From an uncultured Methanomicrobiaceae archaeon (GTDB lineage Archaea > Halobacteriota > Methanomicrobia > Methanomicrobiales > Methanoculleaceae): 64,000 nucleotides of DNA. Made by a program: the position numbers and the translations under genes. Position 1 is the stretch's first letter. Every line of letters begins with the position of its first letter. The notes beneath the pieces were generated by a model. That model was not told the origin of the DNA and did no database searches. It saw nothing but the letters and a program-made list of their open reading frames with translations. The stretch is taken from positions 1,440,001 through 1,504,000 of the forward strand of contig CAWGXH010000004.1 of NCBI GenBank assembly GCA_963826525.1, in the 5' to 3' direction. Below, piece by piece: positions 1 through 10,971 of the stretch.

Positions 1-2
1 GC

Positions 3-515
3 CGGGGTTTTGCTCTCCTCAAACTACAGCGATATGAAGAGAGCGAGGCCTGCTACGACAGAGCCCTCGAGATCGACCCGGAGGACGCCGTATCCTGGCA
101 GCGGAAGGGTTTCCTCTGCGCGAAGTTGCACCGGCCCGAAGAAGCACTGGCCTGTTCCGACCGCTCCCTCCGGCTCAACCCTGCGTCCGTCACGGCACTC
201 CATACCAGAGGATGGGTGTTCGTTGCGGAACGGCGATACGATGAGGCCGTGGAGTGCTACGACAGGATCCTCGAGATCGATCCCGATCGGGATTTTGCCC
301 GGCGGAACCGGGAGCAGATCCTCGCACACAAGGCGTTTCGCAAGCTCGCTGCCGATGTCAGCGAGGCGGAGAAGGTCGTCGAGATTCCCCCGTTCATTTG
401 TGAGATCCTGAGAACCCGCGACTACGGTGGCATCGACCGGGCATATGAGGCGCTCTCTGAACTGCTCGCCGACAAAAAAACCTGTGCCTGCGCTCAGAGT
501 GCAATGCTCCGCTGA
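3..515 (+). CDS. TPR-repeat protein (5' end outside window)
   Basis: Frame open from position 3 (RGFALLKLQRYEESEACYDRALEIDPEDAVSWQRKG...) through ORF 126-515; repeated TPR motifs (EA..CYDR.LEIDP). Confidence 0.85.
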   Translation, partial: RGFALLKLQRYEESEACYDRALEIDPEDAVSWQRKGFLCAKLHRPEEALACSDRSLRLNPASVTALHTRGWVFVAERRYDEAVECYDRILEIDPDRDFARRNREQILAHKAFRKLAADVSEAEKVVEIPPFICEILRTRDYGGIDRAYEALSELLADKKTCACAQSAMLR

Positions 516-743
516 CATATCACTTATCTTCCGTTGTATTCCGGAGCATGCTATCCCGGGGGTGACCTGAGAAGTTTGCTCTCCAGGGTATCTCCCCCAC
601 TACGAGCCCGGGTGTCGAGGGCGTCTGCACCCCCATATCATCAGAGGGCGTGAATACTCCAAAAGGGTGAGGTGCCGGCAATCATGACCGGAGCGTTCGA
701 GAGGGCGTGAAAAAGATGAGGATGGTCTCTTCTCTGCAGCGCT

Positions 744-2429
744 TTACCGGTGGGCGAAGAAAGCCTCGACACCGTTCTTCCCCGCCGCATCGATACGTGC
801 AAACCCGATGCGCTCGAACTGAACGACATTCCCTGCCTCTTTCCCTACCAGCTCTTCGCAGAACCCCGTAAGATCGCCGTCCTGCGTATGGAGGGTGCAT
901 GGAATCTTTGCATCCGCAGGCAGCCACTGGATGATAGGCGCTTTTGCCCGGCGTGCATCCTCGAGGGAATCGCCGGCATAAGCCACTGTGGGAACGCCGT
1001 CCGACCAGTCGATGCTGATATTATAGAGGTCTTTCAAGCGCACCGTGGTCTTCCCTTCGATATCGGCTCGCGGCAGGAGCACCCGCCCGTCGCAGGTGAG
1101 CGTCCGGTATCCGCGTGCCGGATCGTTCGGGTGCAGCGGTGCCTGCGCTGTCCGGAGCGGAGCACCTGCAATCGAGACCTCGATGGGATCAGGCACGAAG
1201 AAGAACCTGTTTGCTTTCGGATCGATGACCGCTTTATTCTGGGCGTAGAGATTCTCCCACGAAAACGATATGTCGGTCTCACCGGTTCCGATATCGATCA
1301 TGGCATCCCGCACGCCCTCTGCCTGGATACCGCGCCTCGCGATCGCCCGGAGCGTCCCGAGGTGAATATCGTCCCACCCGGTATACGTCCCGGCCGCTAT
1401 CCCTTCCCGCATCCCGGAGGTAGAGAGGACGACTCCTGATATCGACATCCGGCCGTAGTGCCGGTACACCGGTGGCTTCCACCCGAAGTAGTCGAAGATA
1501 TACCGCTGCCTGCGTGTATTGGCGATATGGTCCTTACCGCGGATGACATGTGTTATACCGAGAAGATGATCGTCTATGGTCACCGAGAAGTTCATCAGCG
1601 GATAGACGGTCGCATCGATCCGCGGATGCAGCGGTGAGGCGACGATCCGGAAGATGGAGAAGTCCCGCATGGCGGGGTCAGGGTGCGTAAGGTCGGTCCT
1701 GACCCTGACCGTCACCGCGCCCTCGTAGAACTCGCCGGCAAGCATCTTCTGCCAGAGTTCCAGGTTCTCCTCGATACTCAGGTCCCTGCAGGGGCACGCC
1801 TTCCTGGCGAGTTTCAGGTCGCGGAAGACCTCCTGATCGCAGACGCAGACATACGCACCGCCGAGTTCTATCAGCTTCTCGCAGTACTCGTAGTACGTCT
1901 CGAGCCGGTCGCTCTGGTAGACGATATCGGTGATCCCAAGACCGAGCCAGTCGATATCCTCCTGAACCATCCGGTAGGCTTCGGGGTCGACCCTGCGGGG
2001 ATCGGTATCCTCGATCCGGAGAATGTATCTCCCGCCGTATCGGCGCACGTAGTAGTCGTTCAGGATCGCCGCCCGTGCATGCCCGAGGTGTAACGGTCCG
2101 CTCGGGTTCGGCGCAAACCGCATCACGACGCCGTTCTCAGCACCCTCGAGCGCGGGGAGTTCCCGTACCCGCTCATGGGTCTCGGAGAGCTCCAGAAGGA
2201 GTTCCGGAGCCAGTGCTTCGAGCCGTGCTCTCCGCTCGTCCCCGGTCATGCCCGCGACTTCGGCTATGACCTCCGCGGCGATAGGCCCCAGCTCACGTGC
2301 ACGGCTCCGGTATTCGGGATGCTTCCCGAGGACGGTTCCGATGACTGTCCCGCTCTTTGGCGTGCCGGTATGTTTTACGGCGTTCTGGAGCGCATAGACG
2401 AAGAGGAGCCGGTGGAGCTCGGTATCCAT
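744..2429 (-). CDS. gltX: Glutamyl-tRNA synthetase
   Basis: RFAPNPSGPLHLGH (HIGH motif), RIEDTDP, LSTS motif, archaeal N-terminal extension. Confidence 0.97.
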   Translation of the reverse strand: MDTELHRLLFVYALQNAVKHTGTPKSGTVIGTVLGKHPEYRSRARELGPIAAEVIAEVAGMTGDERRARLEALAPELLLELSETHERVRELPALEGAENGVVMRFAPNPSGPLHLGHARAAILNDYYVRRYGGRYILRIEDTDPRRVDPEAYRMVQEDIDWLGLGITDIVYQSDRLETYYEYCEKLIELGGAYVCVCDQEVFRDLKLARKACPCRDLSIEENLELWQKMLAGEFYEGAVTVRVRTDLTHPDPAMRDFSIFRIVASPLHPRIDATVYPLMNFSVTIDDHLLGITHVIRGKDHIANTRRQRYIFDYFGWKPPVYRHYGRMSISGVVLSTSGMREGIAAGTYTGWDDIHLGTLRAIARRGIQAEGVRDAMIDIGTGETDISFSWENLYAQNKAVIDPKANRFFFVPDPIEVSIAGAPLRTAQAPLHPNDPARGYRTLTCDGRVLLPRADIEGKTTVRLKDLYNISIDWSDGVPTVAYAGDSLEDARRAKAPIIQWLPADAKIPCTLHTQDGDLTGFCEELVGKEAGNVVQFERIGFARIDAAGKNGVEAFFAHR

Positions 2430-2430
2430 A

Positions 2431-3393
2431 TCAGAACCCTCGAGTGATGAAGTAATCCGTAATATCTGTCAGGAGCTGTTTCTCTTCGGAGTCGGGAAGG
2501 ATGGAGAGTGCCTGTTTCGCCACGTTTGCCCGCTCGAGGGCGACGGCTCTGACCTCGTCGATGACCCCCGCCTCGCGGAGACGTGCGATAACCTCGTCGA
2601 TATCGGAGGCAGAGAGTTCCCTCCTGTACGGCGTAAGATCAAGCCCCTTCTCCCGTGCCCTGATCGCGAGCAGGGTCTGTTTCCCCTCGCGGATATCCGA
2701 TGCACGATCTTTTCCCGTCGCCTCGGCGCTTGCCAGAAGGTCGATGAGGTCGTCCTGGATCTGGAAGGCAATACCGCTGTTGATGCCCCACTGGTAGAGC
2801 GCGTCGTTCTCCACGGGGGAAGCGCCCACGAGGATCCCCCCGATGGCAGCGGATGCTCCGTAGAGCACACCCGTCTTCTTCTGCACCATCTCGAGGTACT
2901 CCGCCTCGGTCACGTCGTTGCGCTTCTCGAACGACATATCGAGGCTCTGGCCTTCACAGATCTCAGCGCAGGTTCTGCCGAGCATCCGTACCGCATGCAC
3001 CTTGGCGCGGTCGCCTGCTTCCGCCGTGATGAGGAACTCGAAGGCCTTTGCATACAGGACATCCCCTGCGAGGATCGCGGTCGGTTCGTCCCAGACCGTA
3101 TGCACCGTCGGCACTCCCCGCCGCGAGGTGTCGCCGTCCATGATATCGTCGTGGATGAGCGTGAAGGTGTGCGTCAGTTCGAGCGCGACTGCCGCAAGAA
3201 CCACATCGTCGGAGCTACCCTTCTTCACGGCATCGGCCGATAAAAGAACGACGGCCGGCCTGAGGCGTTTCCCGCCTGCAAGCAGCAGGTGGGCGCTGGC
3301 CCGGAAGAGATCGCCAAAGACGTCTCCGAAGTAGCGGTAGATCACTTTATCGACACGGTCTGCGGTTACATCAAGATACTGCGTCAGCTCCAT
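2431..3393 (-). CDS. idsA: Geranylgeranyl diphosphate synthase (polyprenyl synthetase)
   Basis: GGKRLRP, LIHDDIMDGD (FARM), FQIQDD (SARM); conserved position next to gltX. Confidence 0.93.
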   Translation of the reverse strand: MELTQYLDVTADRVDKVIYRYFGDVFGDLFRASAHLLLAGGKRLRPAVVLLSADAVKKGSSDDVVLAAVALELTHTFTLIHDDIMDGDTSRRGVPTVHTVWDEPTAILAGDVLYAKAFEFLITAEAGDRAKVHAVRMLGRTCAEICEGQSLDMSFEKRNDVTEAEYLEMVQKKTGVLYGASAAIGGILVGASPVENDALYQWGINSGIAFQIQDDLIDLLASAEATGKDRASDIREGKQTLLAIRAREKGLDLTPYRRELSASDIDEVIARLREAGVIDEVRAVALERANVAKQALSILPDSEEKQLLTDITDYFITRGF

Positions 3394-3404
3394 GGACAAA
3401 CCTC

Positions 3405-4742
3405 TTACTTTATCAGTACACTCTTTCCGTTCCTGAGAATGTGCATATCGTTTCCGATCGTGTACCCGATCTCCTCACCGAACCGTGCATACCCTCCGGT
3501 CATGCCGATATCCCCGTGGGAGGGGATGACATGCTGCGGGTTTAAGATATGCAGAAGTTCGTAGTGATCCTCGCGGTATGCGTGACCGGAGACGTGCAGT
3601 TCATCGAATATCCGTACACCGGACATTTTGGCGCGCGCCTCGACGAGATACCGCTGGCCGTAGTTCATGGGATTTGGGATCACCTTTGCCGAGAAGAGGA
3701 TCTTGTCGCCCTTCTCCAGTTTGTAGGGCGTATCCCCCATCACAATTCGGGTGAGGATTGCTCCCGTCTCGCCCTGGTGTCCGGTGACGATCGGGAGGAA
3801 CTTCTCTTTCCCCGACTTTATAATCCGCCGCAGCGTCCGGTCGACCGTCCGGCGATTTCCGAACATGGAGAGCGTCTCCGGAAACGCGACGAGTTTCATC
3901 TGCTCCGCCGCCGAGCTGTAGCGCTCCATCGAACGGCCGAGGAGAACGGGTTTCCTGCCGATCTCGTGGGCGCATTCGGCGATGGTCTTGACACGGGCAA
4001 TATGCGATGAGAAGGTGGAGACGAAGATTGCGTTCTTGTCGTCCTCGTAACTCGTGATCGTATCGCGGACAAGGTCGCGTGCAATCTTCTCGCTCGGGCA
4101 CCGCCCCCTATCCTCCACGTTGACACTCTCAATGACGAGTGCGAGCACACCCTCCTTGCCGATCTGCCGGAGACGTGCGAGGTCCGGCGGGTCGCCGAGC
4201 ACGGGCGTCCGGTCGAGCTTGAAGTCGTTCGCGTAGATCACCGCACCGCGGGGTGTGTGGAGCACGCACATGACCGTATCGATGATACTGTGCTGGGTCT
4301 TGACGAACTCAAGCGTAAGTGTCGGCGAGATGGTATAGCGCTGCCCGGCTTTGAGGGCAAAGAGCTTGTTGTTGACGCCGAACTTCTGCTCCCCGGCGAT
4401 CTGCTGCCGGATGAGTTCCGTGGTATAGGGCGTGCCGATGATCGGTGCGTTGTAGCGGTGGGCGAGTTTCGGTATTGCGCCGATGTGATCGAGGTGACCG
4501 TGCGAACAGACGATTGCCTTGACACTTCCCTCCACCGTGTTCATTATTGTGTCGTCGGGGATCGCCTTCATCTCGATCAGGTCGAGAGAATGCATATTTT
4601 CGATGTCTGCATCCTCGTGGATCATGACCTGATCCAGGCGGAGACCCATATCAAAGACGACGATCTCTTTTCCGCAGCGGACGGCAGTCATATTTCTGCC
4701 GACTTCGTTATAACCGCCCACTGCCAAAATCTCTATATCCAT
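3405..4742 (-). CDS. rnj: Ribonuclease J (beta-CASP)
   Basis: GGYNEVGRNM, SHGHLDHIG, HVSGHA motifs. Confidence 0.95.
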   Translation of the reverse strand: MDIEILAVGGYNEVGRNMTAVRCGKEIVVFDMGLRLDQVMIHEDADIENMHSLDLIEMKAIPDDTIMNTVEGSVKAIVCSHGHLDHIGAIPKLAHRYNAPIIGTPYTTELIRQQIAGEQKFGVNNKLFALKAGQRYTISPTLTLEFVKTQHSIIDTVMCVLHTPRGAVIYANDFKLDRTPVLGDPPDLARLRQIGKEGVLALVIESVNVEDRGRCPSEKIARDLVRDTITSYEDDKNAIFVSTFSSHIARVKTIAECAHEIGRKPVLLGRSMERYSSAAEQMKLVAFPETLSMFGNRRTVDRTLRRIIKSGKEKFLPIVTGHQGETGAILTRIVMGDTPYKLEKGDKILFSAKVIPNPMNYGQRYLVEARAKMSGVRIFDELHVSGHAYREDHYELLHILNPQHVIPSHGDIGMTGGYARFGEEIGYTIGNDMHILRNGKSVLIK

Positions 4743-4760
4743 GTATCCTCCTATTCTGTC

Positions 4761-5813
4761 TCAATAGTTGTTTTCAATCATCTCTCGGGATAGTCCGGTT
4801 ATGTACACATGCGTCCTCGTCAGGTCCTGGAGAGTCCTTGAACCTGTCAGGAACATTGCTACCCGGAGCTGCCGGTGGATCGTATCGATGGCTGCAAAGA
4901 GGTCGTCTTCACCTTGCATCGCCGGTTTGAGCAGCGGGAGCGCCATGCCTCCGAGGCATGCCCCGAGGGCGACGGACTTTGCAATATCAATGCCGCTTCG
5001 AAGACCCCCGGTCGCGATGACGGGGCCGCCGGTGCCGCAGACTTCACGTAAACTTACGACGGTCGGAATTCCCCATCCGAGGAAATCCTCGCCGAGCCGG
5101 GCAAGATTGGCGTTGGGCGCACGAAGACACTCGACGGCCGCCCAGTTCGTTCCTCCCCATCCACCGATATCTATGGCAGCCGCTCCGGCACCGAAGATCG
5201 CTCCGGCAGTCGCTGCCGATATCCCTGAACCGGTCTCCTTCACGATGATCGGGTGCTTAAACTCCCTGCAGAGGTCCCGGAGTGCTTCCAGGCATCCTCC
5301 CGCATCGTGATCTCCTTCCGGCTGGATAGCCTCCTGGAGCGGGTTTAAGTGGATGGCGATGGCCTGTGCATCGATCATCTCGACCGCCCGCTCCGCCCAT
5401 TCTATACCGTGATCGCGCAACTGGATGATTCCGAGGTTCGCGCAGAGAAATGCACTCGGCGCCTCCTCACGAACCACGGAGAAGCTATCCGCGAGATCCG
5501 GGTTTTCCAATGCCGCTCGCTGAGAACCTACACCCATGCCGAGGTTAAAATGCTCCGCGGCACGTGCCAGGAGCCGATTGACCTCCGTGGTGTCGGGGTG
5601 TCCTCCGGTCATCGCTGCAATGAATAACGGTGAGCCAAGGGGTGTATTGAGAAAGCGGGTGCCGGTATCGATCCGCTCCATATCGCACTCGGGAAGAGCG
5701 TTGTGCGCCAGGCGCACGTCGCCAAAACCGGTATCCCCCGTTTCGACGGCTCTCTCGCAGCAGATATTCAGGTGCTCACGCTTCCGTGAGGATGTTGCCG
5801 TACCTCTCTCCAT
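4761..5813 (-). CDS. fni: Type 2 isopentenyl-diphosphate delta-isomerase
   Basis: RKREH, AMTGG, GVGSQR, HLNPLQEAIQPEGD, KETGSG motifs. Confidence 0.96.
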   Translation of the reverse strand: MERGTATSSRKREHLNICCERAVETGDTGFGDVRLAHNALPECDMERIDTGTRFLNTPLGSPLFIAAMTGGHPDTTEVNRLLARAAEHFNLGMGVGSQRAALENPDLADSFSVVREEAPSAFLCANLGIIQLRDHGIEWAERAVEMIDAQAIAIHLNPLQEAIQPEGDHDAGGCLEALRDLCREFKHPIIVKETGSGISAATAGAIFGAGAAAIDIGGWGGTNWAAVECLRAPNANLARLGEDFLGWGIPTVVSLREVCGTGGPVIATGGLRSGIDIAKSVALGACLGGMALPLLKPAMQGEDDLFAAIDTIHRQLRVAMFLTGSRTLQDLTRTHVYITGLSREMIENNY

Positions 5814-5814
5814 G

Positions 5815-6573
5815 TTATCTGCTCCTCCCGACGATTGTCCCGCCGTGGTCGACTCCGTCCAGGAATGCGCCGACCTTCGATACGTGGAAGATATTCGATT
5901 CTATTCCGTCATCTGCCAGCGTCAGCAGTTCGGTAATCTTCCCCTGCATCCCGCCGGTTACGTCGGTATTGCCCGATCCGCCGATCGCGATTGCCCCGAT
6001 GCCGGTCCGGTCGATGGCCGGAATAACGGCGCCCTCTTTCAGGACGCCCGGAACGTCGGTTGCAAGCCCGACCCGGCTGCTCTTCAGCCGGCGTGCCAGG
6101 TACAGGACGAGCTGGTCTCCGGAGACGATGCAGGCTCCCCGGCTTCGGTCCATGACGACATCGCCGTGGAGCACCGGTACGATACCGTGCCTGATCATCT
6201 CCTCGATATGCCCGGTCTCGAACGCGACCAGCCTGCCGTTCTCGGCAAGTCCCAGATCCAGCGGGTGAAGACCGACAGCCTCAAGCCCCGCGGCGCGCAG
6301 CGTCTCGACGATTGCGGTATTGAGCCTGCAGACGGCGGTATGGGTATGGTAGATGCCGGGAGTGTTCCCGGGCGTGATACCCTCCCCGAGACGATAACGG
6401 CGTGCTTCCGGATGGCCGCAGGAGCCTGCCCCGTGGATCAGGACGATCGCCTCCGCTCGGCGTGCGGCGATCTCCGATGCGATCGCCGTGATGCGAGCGT
6501 GATCTATCGCGCAGTCTCCCGTTTTATCGGTGACCACGCTGCCACCCAGTTTCAATACCACGGTTTCAGTCAT
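5815..6573 (-). CDS. ipk: Isopentenyl phosphate kinase
   Basis: Start trimmed to MTETVVLKLGGSVVTDK; HGAGSCGH, DVTGGMQGK; lies between mvk and fni. Confidence 0.93.
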   Translation of the reverse strand: MTETVVLKLGGSVVTDKTGDCAIDHARITAIASEIAARRAEAIVLIHGAGSCGHPEARRYRLGEGITPGNTPGIYHTHTAVCRLNTAIVETLRAAGLEAVGLHPLDLGLAENGRLVAFETGHIEEMIRHGIVPVLHGDVVMDRSRGACIVSGDQLVLYLARRLKSSRVGLATDVPGVLKEGAVIPAIDRTGIGAIAIGGSGNTDVTGGMQGKITELLTLADDGIESNIFHVSKVGAFLDGVDHGGTIVGRSR

Positions 6574-7435
6574 TCTTCTCTCTTCGGGCGCCTTCCGTAT
6601 CGATGGAGGTGATGATGGCTTTGCCCTCGCAGGATTCGATGGCACCCGCGACCCGGCTCTTTGCACGCCGCGGGCAGAGTGCGATGATGCTGCCTCCGCC
6701 GCCGGCACCGGTGATCTTCGCTCCGTATGCGCCGGTCGTCCGTGCTGCAAGGATCAGGCGGCTGCTCGCCGGATGGCCGACGCCCAGCGCCTCAAGGAGG
6801 GCGTGGTTGATGTCCATGCACCGTCCGAGCTCTTTGGGATCGGTAATGTTGTGCAGGGCGGTCATCGTGACCGCTCCGATAGCGTCGAGGATAGGGTTTA
6901 CGATATCGGGATGCCTTTTGCGGAGGCTCCCGACCATCTCGACCATCTTCGACGTGCTGTGCGAGACAAGAGTGTTCCCGACGACAAGCTGTAGGTTCTG
7001 CGGTGGAAGTCTGCGCTTGGACGAACCGGTGATCAGCACCAGTCCTCCGGTTGCGGAGACATAGGTGTCCGTAGGGCTTGCACGCCCTCTCTGGACCTTT
7101 TTTTCGATATTGAAAGCAATATCTGCGATGGCATCCCGCGAGTGACCGATATTGTACTCGTCGTTGATCGCACAGAGCGTCGCGACGGTCACGGCCGCGG
7201 ACGATCCGAGCCCGCTTGAACTCTGCAGCTGGGAATGGACGTATACACTCCCGCGCACGCCCATCTCTTTGAAACACTCGTCAATGTAGGGAGACTTCGC
7301 ATGCGTGGGGTTTTTCGATTTGCGTACGGTGACATACACACGCGGTTTGATAGCCATCGCTACTCCCGGCTTGCCGTAAACGACAGCATGCTCGCCGAAG
7401 AGGAATACCTTCCCCGGCGCGCTCCACGTTGCCAA
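6566..7435 (-). CDS. mvk: Mevalonate kinase (TTG start)
   Basis: APGKVFLFGEHAVVYG, GLGSSAA, KITGAGGGG GHMP motifs. Confidence 0.95.
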   Translation of the reverse strand: MATWSAPGKVFLFGEHAVVYGKPGVAMAIKPRVYVTVRKSKNPTHAKSPYIDECFKEMGVRGSVYVHSQLQSSSGLGSSAAVTVATLCAINDEYNIGHSRDAIADIAFNIEKKVQRGRASPTDTYVSATGGLVLITGSSKRRLPPQNLQLVVGNTLVSHSTSKMVEMVGSLRKRHPDIVNPILDAIGAVTMTALHNITDPKELGRCMDINHALLEALGVGHPASSRLILAARTTGAYGAKITGAGGGGSIIALCPRRAKSRVAGAIESCEGKAIITSIDTEGARREKND

Positions 7436-7436
7436 T

Positions 7437-8219
7437 CTAGATCACCGCTATCGCTGCGTACCCCACCACCTGATCATAGTCTCCTGTCACATCACCGCTG
7501 GTCGTATACCGAAGGAGGTGTCCTTTCGTTGCCCCGAGCGACCGGGATGCAATGCACATGGCTGCAATCGGTCCATACCCGCATGCGCTTGCTCCCACCT
7601 CGGCCAGGCGTCGGTAAAACTCCGGGATATCGAGCGTTTCAAGCGCCTCGATCGCATAGAGGTCGTGTTTCCGGGCAGTGGCGTCCGGAACATAATGTGA
7701 AAAGTCACTCGAAGCAACGATTCTGACGTCACGCCCGGTATGGCCGATCGCCTGCACGATATGCTCGGCAAGGCCGACCGCTCCCTCTATGCTCTGATCA
7801 CCCATCATAATCGGTGCGACCCGTGCGCGGGGGAACCGGTATTTGATGAACGGCATCTGCACCTCGAGAGAGTGCTCGCTCTGTTGCGACGCCTCGTCGA
7901 TGACAATATCGAGTGTTTCGACAAAGGCTGTATCGGTGTTGACAAGGCCGAGGGGCGTCGCCCACGGTATGGCGGAGGCACTGGTCATGTACCCCCGGTG
8001 ACTGGGACCAATAAGGACGAATGTACCGTCGAATTCAGGCGGTATGGCTGAAAAGGCACAGGCTGATGTCTCACCCGAATACACGTATCCGGCGTGGGGT
8101 GAGACAATGCCCCGTGCATCGAGACCCGCTGCCCTGGTTTTGAAGAACTTCTCAAGCAGCTGCTCGAGGTGGCGGGGCTCCGCAGGATAAAACGTACCTG
8201 CAACACTGCATGGGCGCAT
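7437..8219 (-). CDS. MEMO1-family protein (AmmeMemoRadiSam protein B)
   Basis: VAGTFYP, PHAGYVYSG, EHSLEVQ, SSDFSHY, CGYGP. Confidence 0.92.
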   Translation of the reverse strand: MRPCSVAGTFYPAEPRHLEQLLEKFFKTRAAGLDARGIVSPHAGYVYSGETSACAFSAIPPEFDGTFVLIGPSHRGYMTSASAIPWATPLGLVNTDTAFVETLDIVIDEASQQSEHSLEVQMPFIKYRFPRARVAPIMMGDQSIEGAVGLAEHIVQAIGHTGRDVRIVASSDFSHYVPDATARKHDLYAIEALETLDIPEFYRRLAEVGASACGYGPIAAMCIASRSLGATKGHLLRYTTSGDVTGDYDQVVGYAAIAVI

Positions 8220-8251
8220 GTCTATCAGCTTGTGTCTCTATGCCTGCTATC

Positions 8252-8860
8252 TTATAACTCTGTCTCAAAGTCTTCCTGGGTGAGGGAGGTAGAGATCCCC
8301 CGGGAGCGCAGTATCTCCTTGGTGAGGAGGTAGTAGATCATACTGAGCGCCTTTCTACCCTTGTTATTGGTGGGAATGACGATGTCGACGAACTTGGTCA
8401 TGTTGTTGGTGTCGCAGAGAGCGACGATCGGGATGCCGGTCTGAACCGCCTCGGTGATGGCCTGGTGATCGCCGATGGGGTCGGTCACGACGATGACGTC
8501 GGGTTCGATGTATTTGTTCAGGCGCTGGTTTGTCAGCATACCGGGGATAAACCTGCCGACGACGGCCATGCCGCCGACAGTCTCCGCAAACTTCCTTGCC
8601 GGGTACTGACCGTACTGCCGGGAGGTGACGACCAGAATCTTCGTCGGGTCGAACTGGGAGAGGAACGTTGCGGCGGTCTTAATCCTCTCGTCGGTAGCCT
8701 GAATGTCTAAGATATACAGTCCGTCTCCGCGTACCCGGTAGATGAACGTCTTCATGTCCTTGCTCTTCTGCTGGGTACCGATGTGCACACCCGCTGCCAG
8801 ATACTCTTCGACTGGGATGAGTGGCTCTTTTAACTCAATTTCCATCTCGCTTCCGCTCAT
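8252..8860 (-). CDS. rps2: 30S ribosomal protein S2
   Basis: [34 protein letters not shown]. Confidence 0.97.
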   Translation of the reverse strand: MSGSEMEIELKEPLIPVEEYLAAGVHIGTQQKSKDMKTFIYRVRGDGLYILDIQATDERIKTAATFLSQFDPTKILVVTSRQYGQYPARKFAETVGGMAVVGRFIPGMLTNQRLNKYIEPDVIVVTDPIGDHQAITEAVQTGIPIVALCDTNNMTKFVDIVIPTNNKGRKALSMIYYLLTKEILRSRGISTSLTQEDFETEL

Positions 8861-10047
8861 TAAATCAGCTCCTCAATGCGTATTAGTTCGTTCAGTTTGC
8901 TCGTTCGCTCGCCGCCTACGACACCGGTCTTTAAGAAAATACATTCAAACGCGGTGGCAAGGTGAGCGATGGTGTTATCGGTTGTCTCGCCCGACCGGTG
9001 GCTCATGACGGTCTCCATGCCGCTTGACTGTGCGAGGTGAATGGCCTCGAACGTATCAGTGAGCGTTCCGATCTGGTTTGGTTTTATCAGCACGCAGTTT
9101 GCCGCACCCCTCTCGATACCACGCATGATGCGGTCGACGTTTGTCACGAAGAGGTCGTCTCCGCAGACGAGGCAGCGATCCCCGACTGCATCGGTCAGGT
9201 CTGCAAACCCGTCGAAGTCTTCTTCCGCCAGCGGGTCTTCGACGAATACAAGATCGTACCGGTCGACAAGGTCGACCATGTAGGCGACCTGGTCTTCGGG
9301 GCTCTTCGCACCGTCACGGTAGCGATACTGCTCGCCGTCGAAGAGTTCGCTTGCGGCAACGTCGATACCCATGTTGATCTCGACGTTCATATCGTCGGAT
9401 ACGGTGCCGATAGCTTCACTGACAATCTCGAATGCCTCTGCATCTGCAATCCGGGGTGCCCATGCACCCTCGTCGCCCTTTCCGCAGCCCTTGCCCTGCT
9501 TCCTCAGGATATCCCTGACCGTCCTGTGAACGGCTGCATTTGCAAAGACTGCTTCCTGTGCATCTGCAGCGCCCGTGGAGACGACGAGAAACTCCTGGAT
9601 CTCGGTGGCGTCGGTGGCATGGGCTCCGCCCCCGATGACATTCCCGAGAGGCAGGGGTGTCTTGCTGGAGAATGCTCCGCCGAGGTACCTGAAGAGTTCG
9701 AGGTCAAGAGAAGATGCGGCGGCCTTCGCACAGGCAAGTGAGAGTGCTACTGCGACGTTCGCGCCGATAGAACTGAAATCTGCAGTACCGTCGAGCTCCC
9801 GGAGCAGTGCGTCGAATGTGATCTGATCGCGAGTATCCTCGCCGATGAGTGATGGAATCAGGTGCTCCCGTGCGTTCTCTGCCGCATCCCGGGCAGGCCG
9901 AACTTTTGCCTCATACATTCCGGTACTGGCGCCGCTCGGAGCTGCTGCTCGTCCGAATCCGCATCCTGTATAGATGTCGGCTTCGACGGTGGCATTTCCG
10001 CGACTATCAAGAATTGTTCTTACGGTAATCTGTTCTATGGACGTCAT
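8860..10047 (-). CDS. eno: Enolase
   Basis: [42 protein letters not shown]. Confidence 0.97.
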   Translation of the reverse strand: MTSIEQITVRTILDSRGNATVEADIYTGCGFGRAAAPSGASTGMYEAKVRPARDAAENAREHLIPSLIGEDTRDQITFDALLRELDGTADFSSIGANVAVALSLACAKAAASSLDLELFRYLGGAFSSKTPLPLGNVIGGGAHATDATEIQEFLVVSTGAADAQEAVFANAAVHRTVRDILRKQGKGCGKGDEGAWAPRIADAEAFEIVSEAIGTVSDDMNVEINMGIDVAASELFDGEQYRYRDGAKSPEDQVAYMVDLVDRYDLVFVEDPLAEEDFDGFADLTDAVGDRCLVCGDDLFVTNVDRIMRGIERGAANCVLIKPNQIGTLTDTFEAIHLAQSSGMETVMSHRSGETTDNTIAHLATAFECIFLKTGVVGGERTSKLNELIRIEELI

Positions 10048-10051
10048 CAGA

Positions 10052-10225
10052 TCACGACTTTCTCTTCACGGTGATAGGGATTACGCCGCACTCAAACTCC
10101 TCGAGTGCAATCTCAAGCGGTTCATTTTTAGCGGTGGTTATCAGGAGCGGCGCACCCATCGATATCTGTAGAGCCCGGGCACCAACGATCCGCGCTCGTT
10201 CATATCGAGTATACGATTCCATCAT
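10052..10225 (-). CDS. rpoK: RNA polymerase subunit K (Rpo6), not in the ORF track
   Basis: Manual translation: [28 protein letters not shown]...[22 protein letters not shown]. Confidence 0.95.
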   Translation of the reverse strand: MMESYTRYERARIVGARALQISMGAPLLITTAKNEPLEIALEEFECGVIPITVKRKS

Positions 10226-10254
10226 ACGTCCTCAAAATTCGTTAATAATGAAAA

Positions 10255-10328
10255 TGGGGTCGCTGAGATTTGAACTCAGGTCACAGCATCCCGAACGCCA
10301 TAGGATGGCCAGGCTACCCCACGACCCC
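10255..10328 (-). tRNA. tRNA-Pro(CGG)
   Basis: GGGGTCGTGGGGTAGCCTGG...TT-CGG-GA...GTTCAAATC...CGACCCCA; cloverleaf, no intron, CCA not encoded. Confidence 0.93.
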
Positions 10329-10517
10329 TCACTGGTATGGATTCAAATCCTCCACAATTTCCTTGTGTGTCAGTAACATCCGCCTGCAGCAGTAGCGTTC
10401 AAGGCCGAGGTCGTCGAGGATCTGTTTAGGATCCTCGCCGGCACCCCGCCGCTCCTCGAACTCCTTCCACTTGGTGGATATGACTTTACCACAGGTAAAA
10501 CATCGTACTGGTATCAT
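10329..10517 (-). CDS. rpoN: RNA polymerase subunit N (Rpo10)
   Basis: [11 protein letters not shown]...RYCCRRML zinc motif. Confidence 0.97.
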   Translation of the reverse strand: MIPVRCFTCGKVISTKWKEFEERRGAGEDPKQILDDLGLERYCCRRMLLTHKEIVEDLNPYQ

Positions 10518-10552
10518 AGTAGTGTACCTGTCTCCTTTATATCCCTTGCGAT

Positions 10553-10960
10553 TTAACGATACGACTTCTGGAATTTCTTACGAGCACCGCGGCCGTGCGG
10601 CTTTTTCGTCTCTTTCTGACGGGAGTCGTTGACGAGCAGCGTGCGATCGTAGGTCAGGAAAATGTCCTTGATCTGGGGATCGTTGTGCCAGTCGACGATA
10701 CCGCGCGCAATTGCCGTGCGGATGGCCTCTGCCTGACCCATCACGCCGCCGCCGTAGACATCGATGGTAGCATCGATGCCGTCGAGTGCGGTCGGTATGA
10801 GCAGCAGGGGCTCAGAGATCTTCATGCGGATAAGCTCGGTGCCGTAGATCTCGAGGGGCACGGAGTTGATGCGAATCCTCCCCTTCCCGCTCTTTAAGGT
10901 TGCCCTGGCGACTGCCGTCTTTCTCTTTCCGCTCGTATTTATGATTTTTGCCATTGCCAT
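10553..10960 (-). CDS. rps9: 30S ribosomal protein S9
   Basis: [24 protein letters not shown]-terminal QKSYR. Confidence 0.97.
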   Translation of the reverse strand: MAMAKIINTSGKRKTAVARATLKSGKGRIRINSVPLEIYGTELIRMKISEPLLLIPTALDGIDATIDVYGGGVMGQAEAIRTAIARGIVDWHNDPQIKDIFLTYDRTLLVNDSRQKETKKPHGRGARKKFQKSYR

Positions 10961-10971
10961 AGTATCACCGG

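Noticed and set aside
617-711. AGAGGGCGTGAA direct repeat (643-654, 700-711) plus a partial copy near 617, considered as a CRISPR relic
   Set aside because: Only 12 bp, two full copies, irregular spacing and no cas genes.
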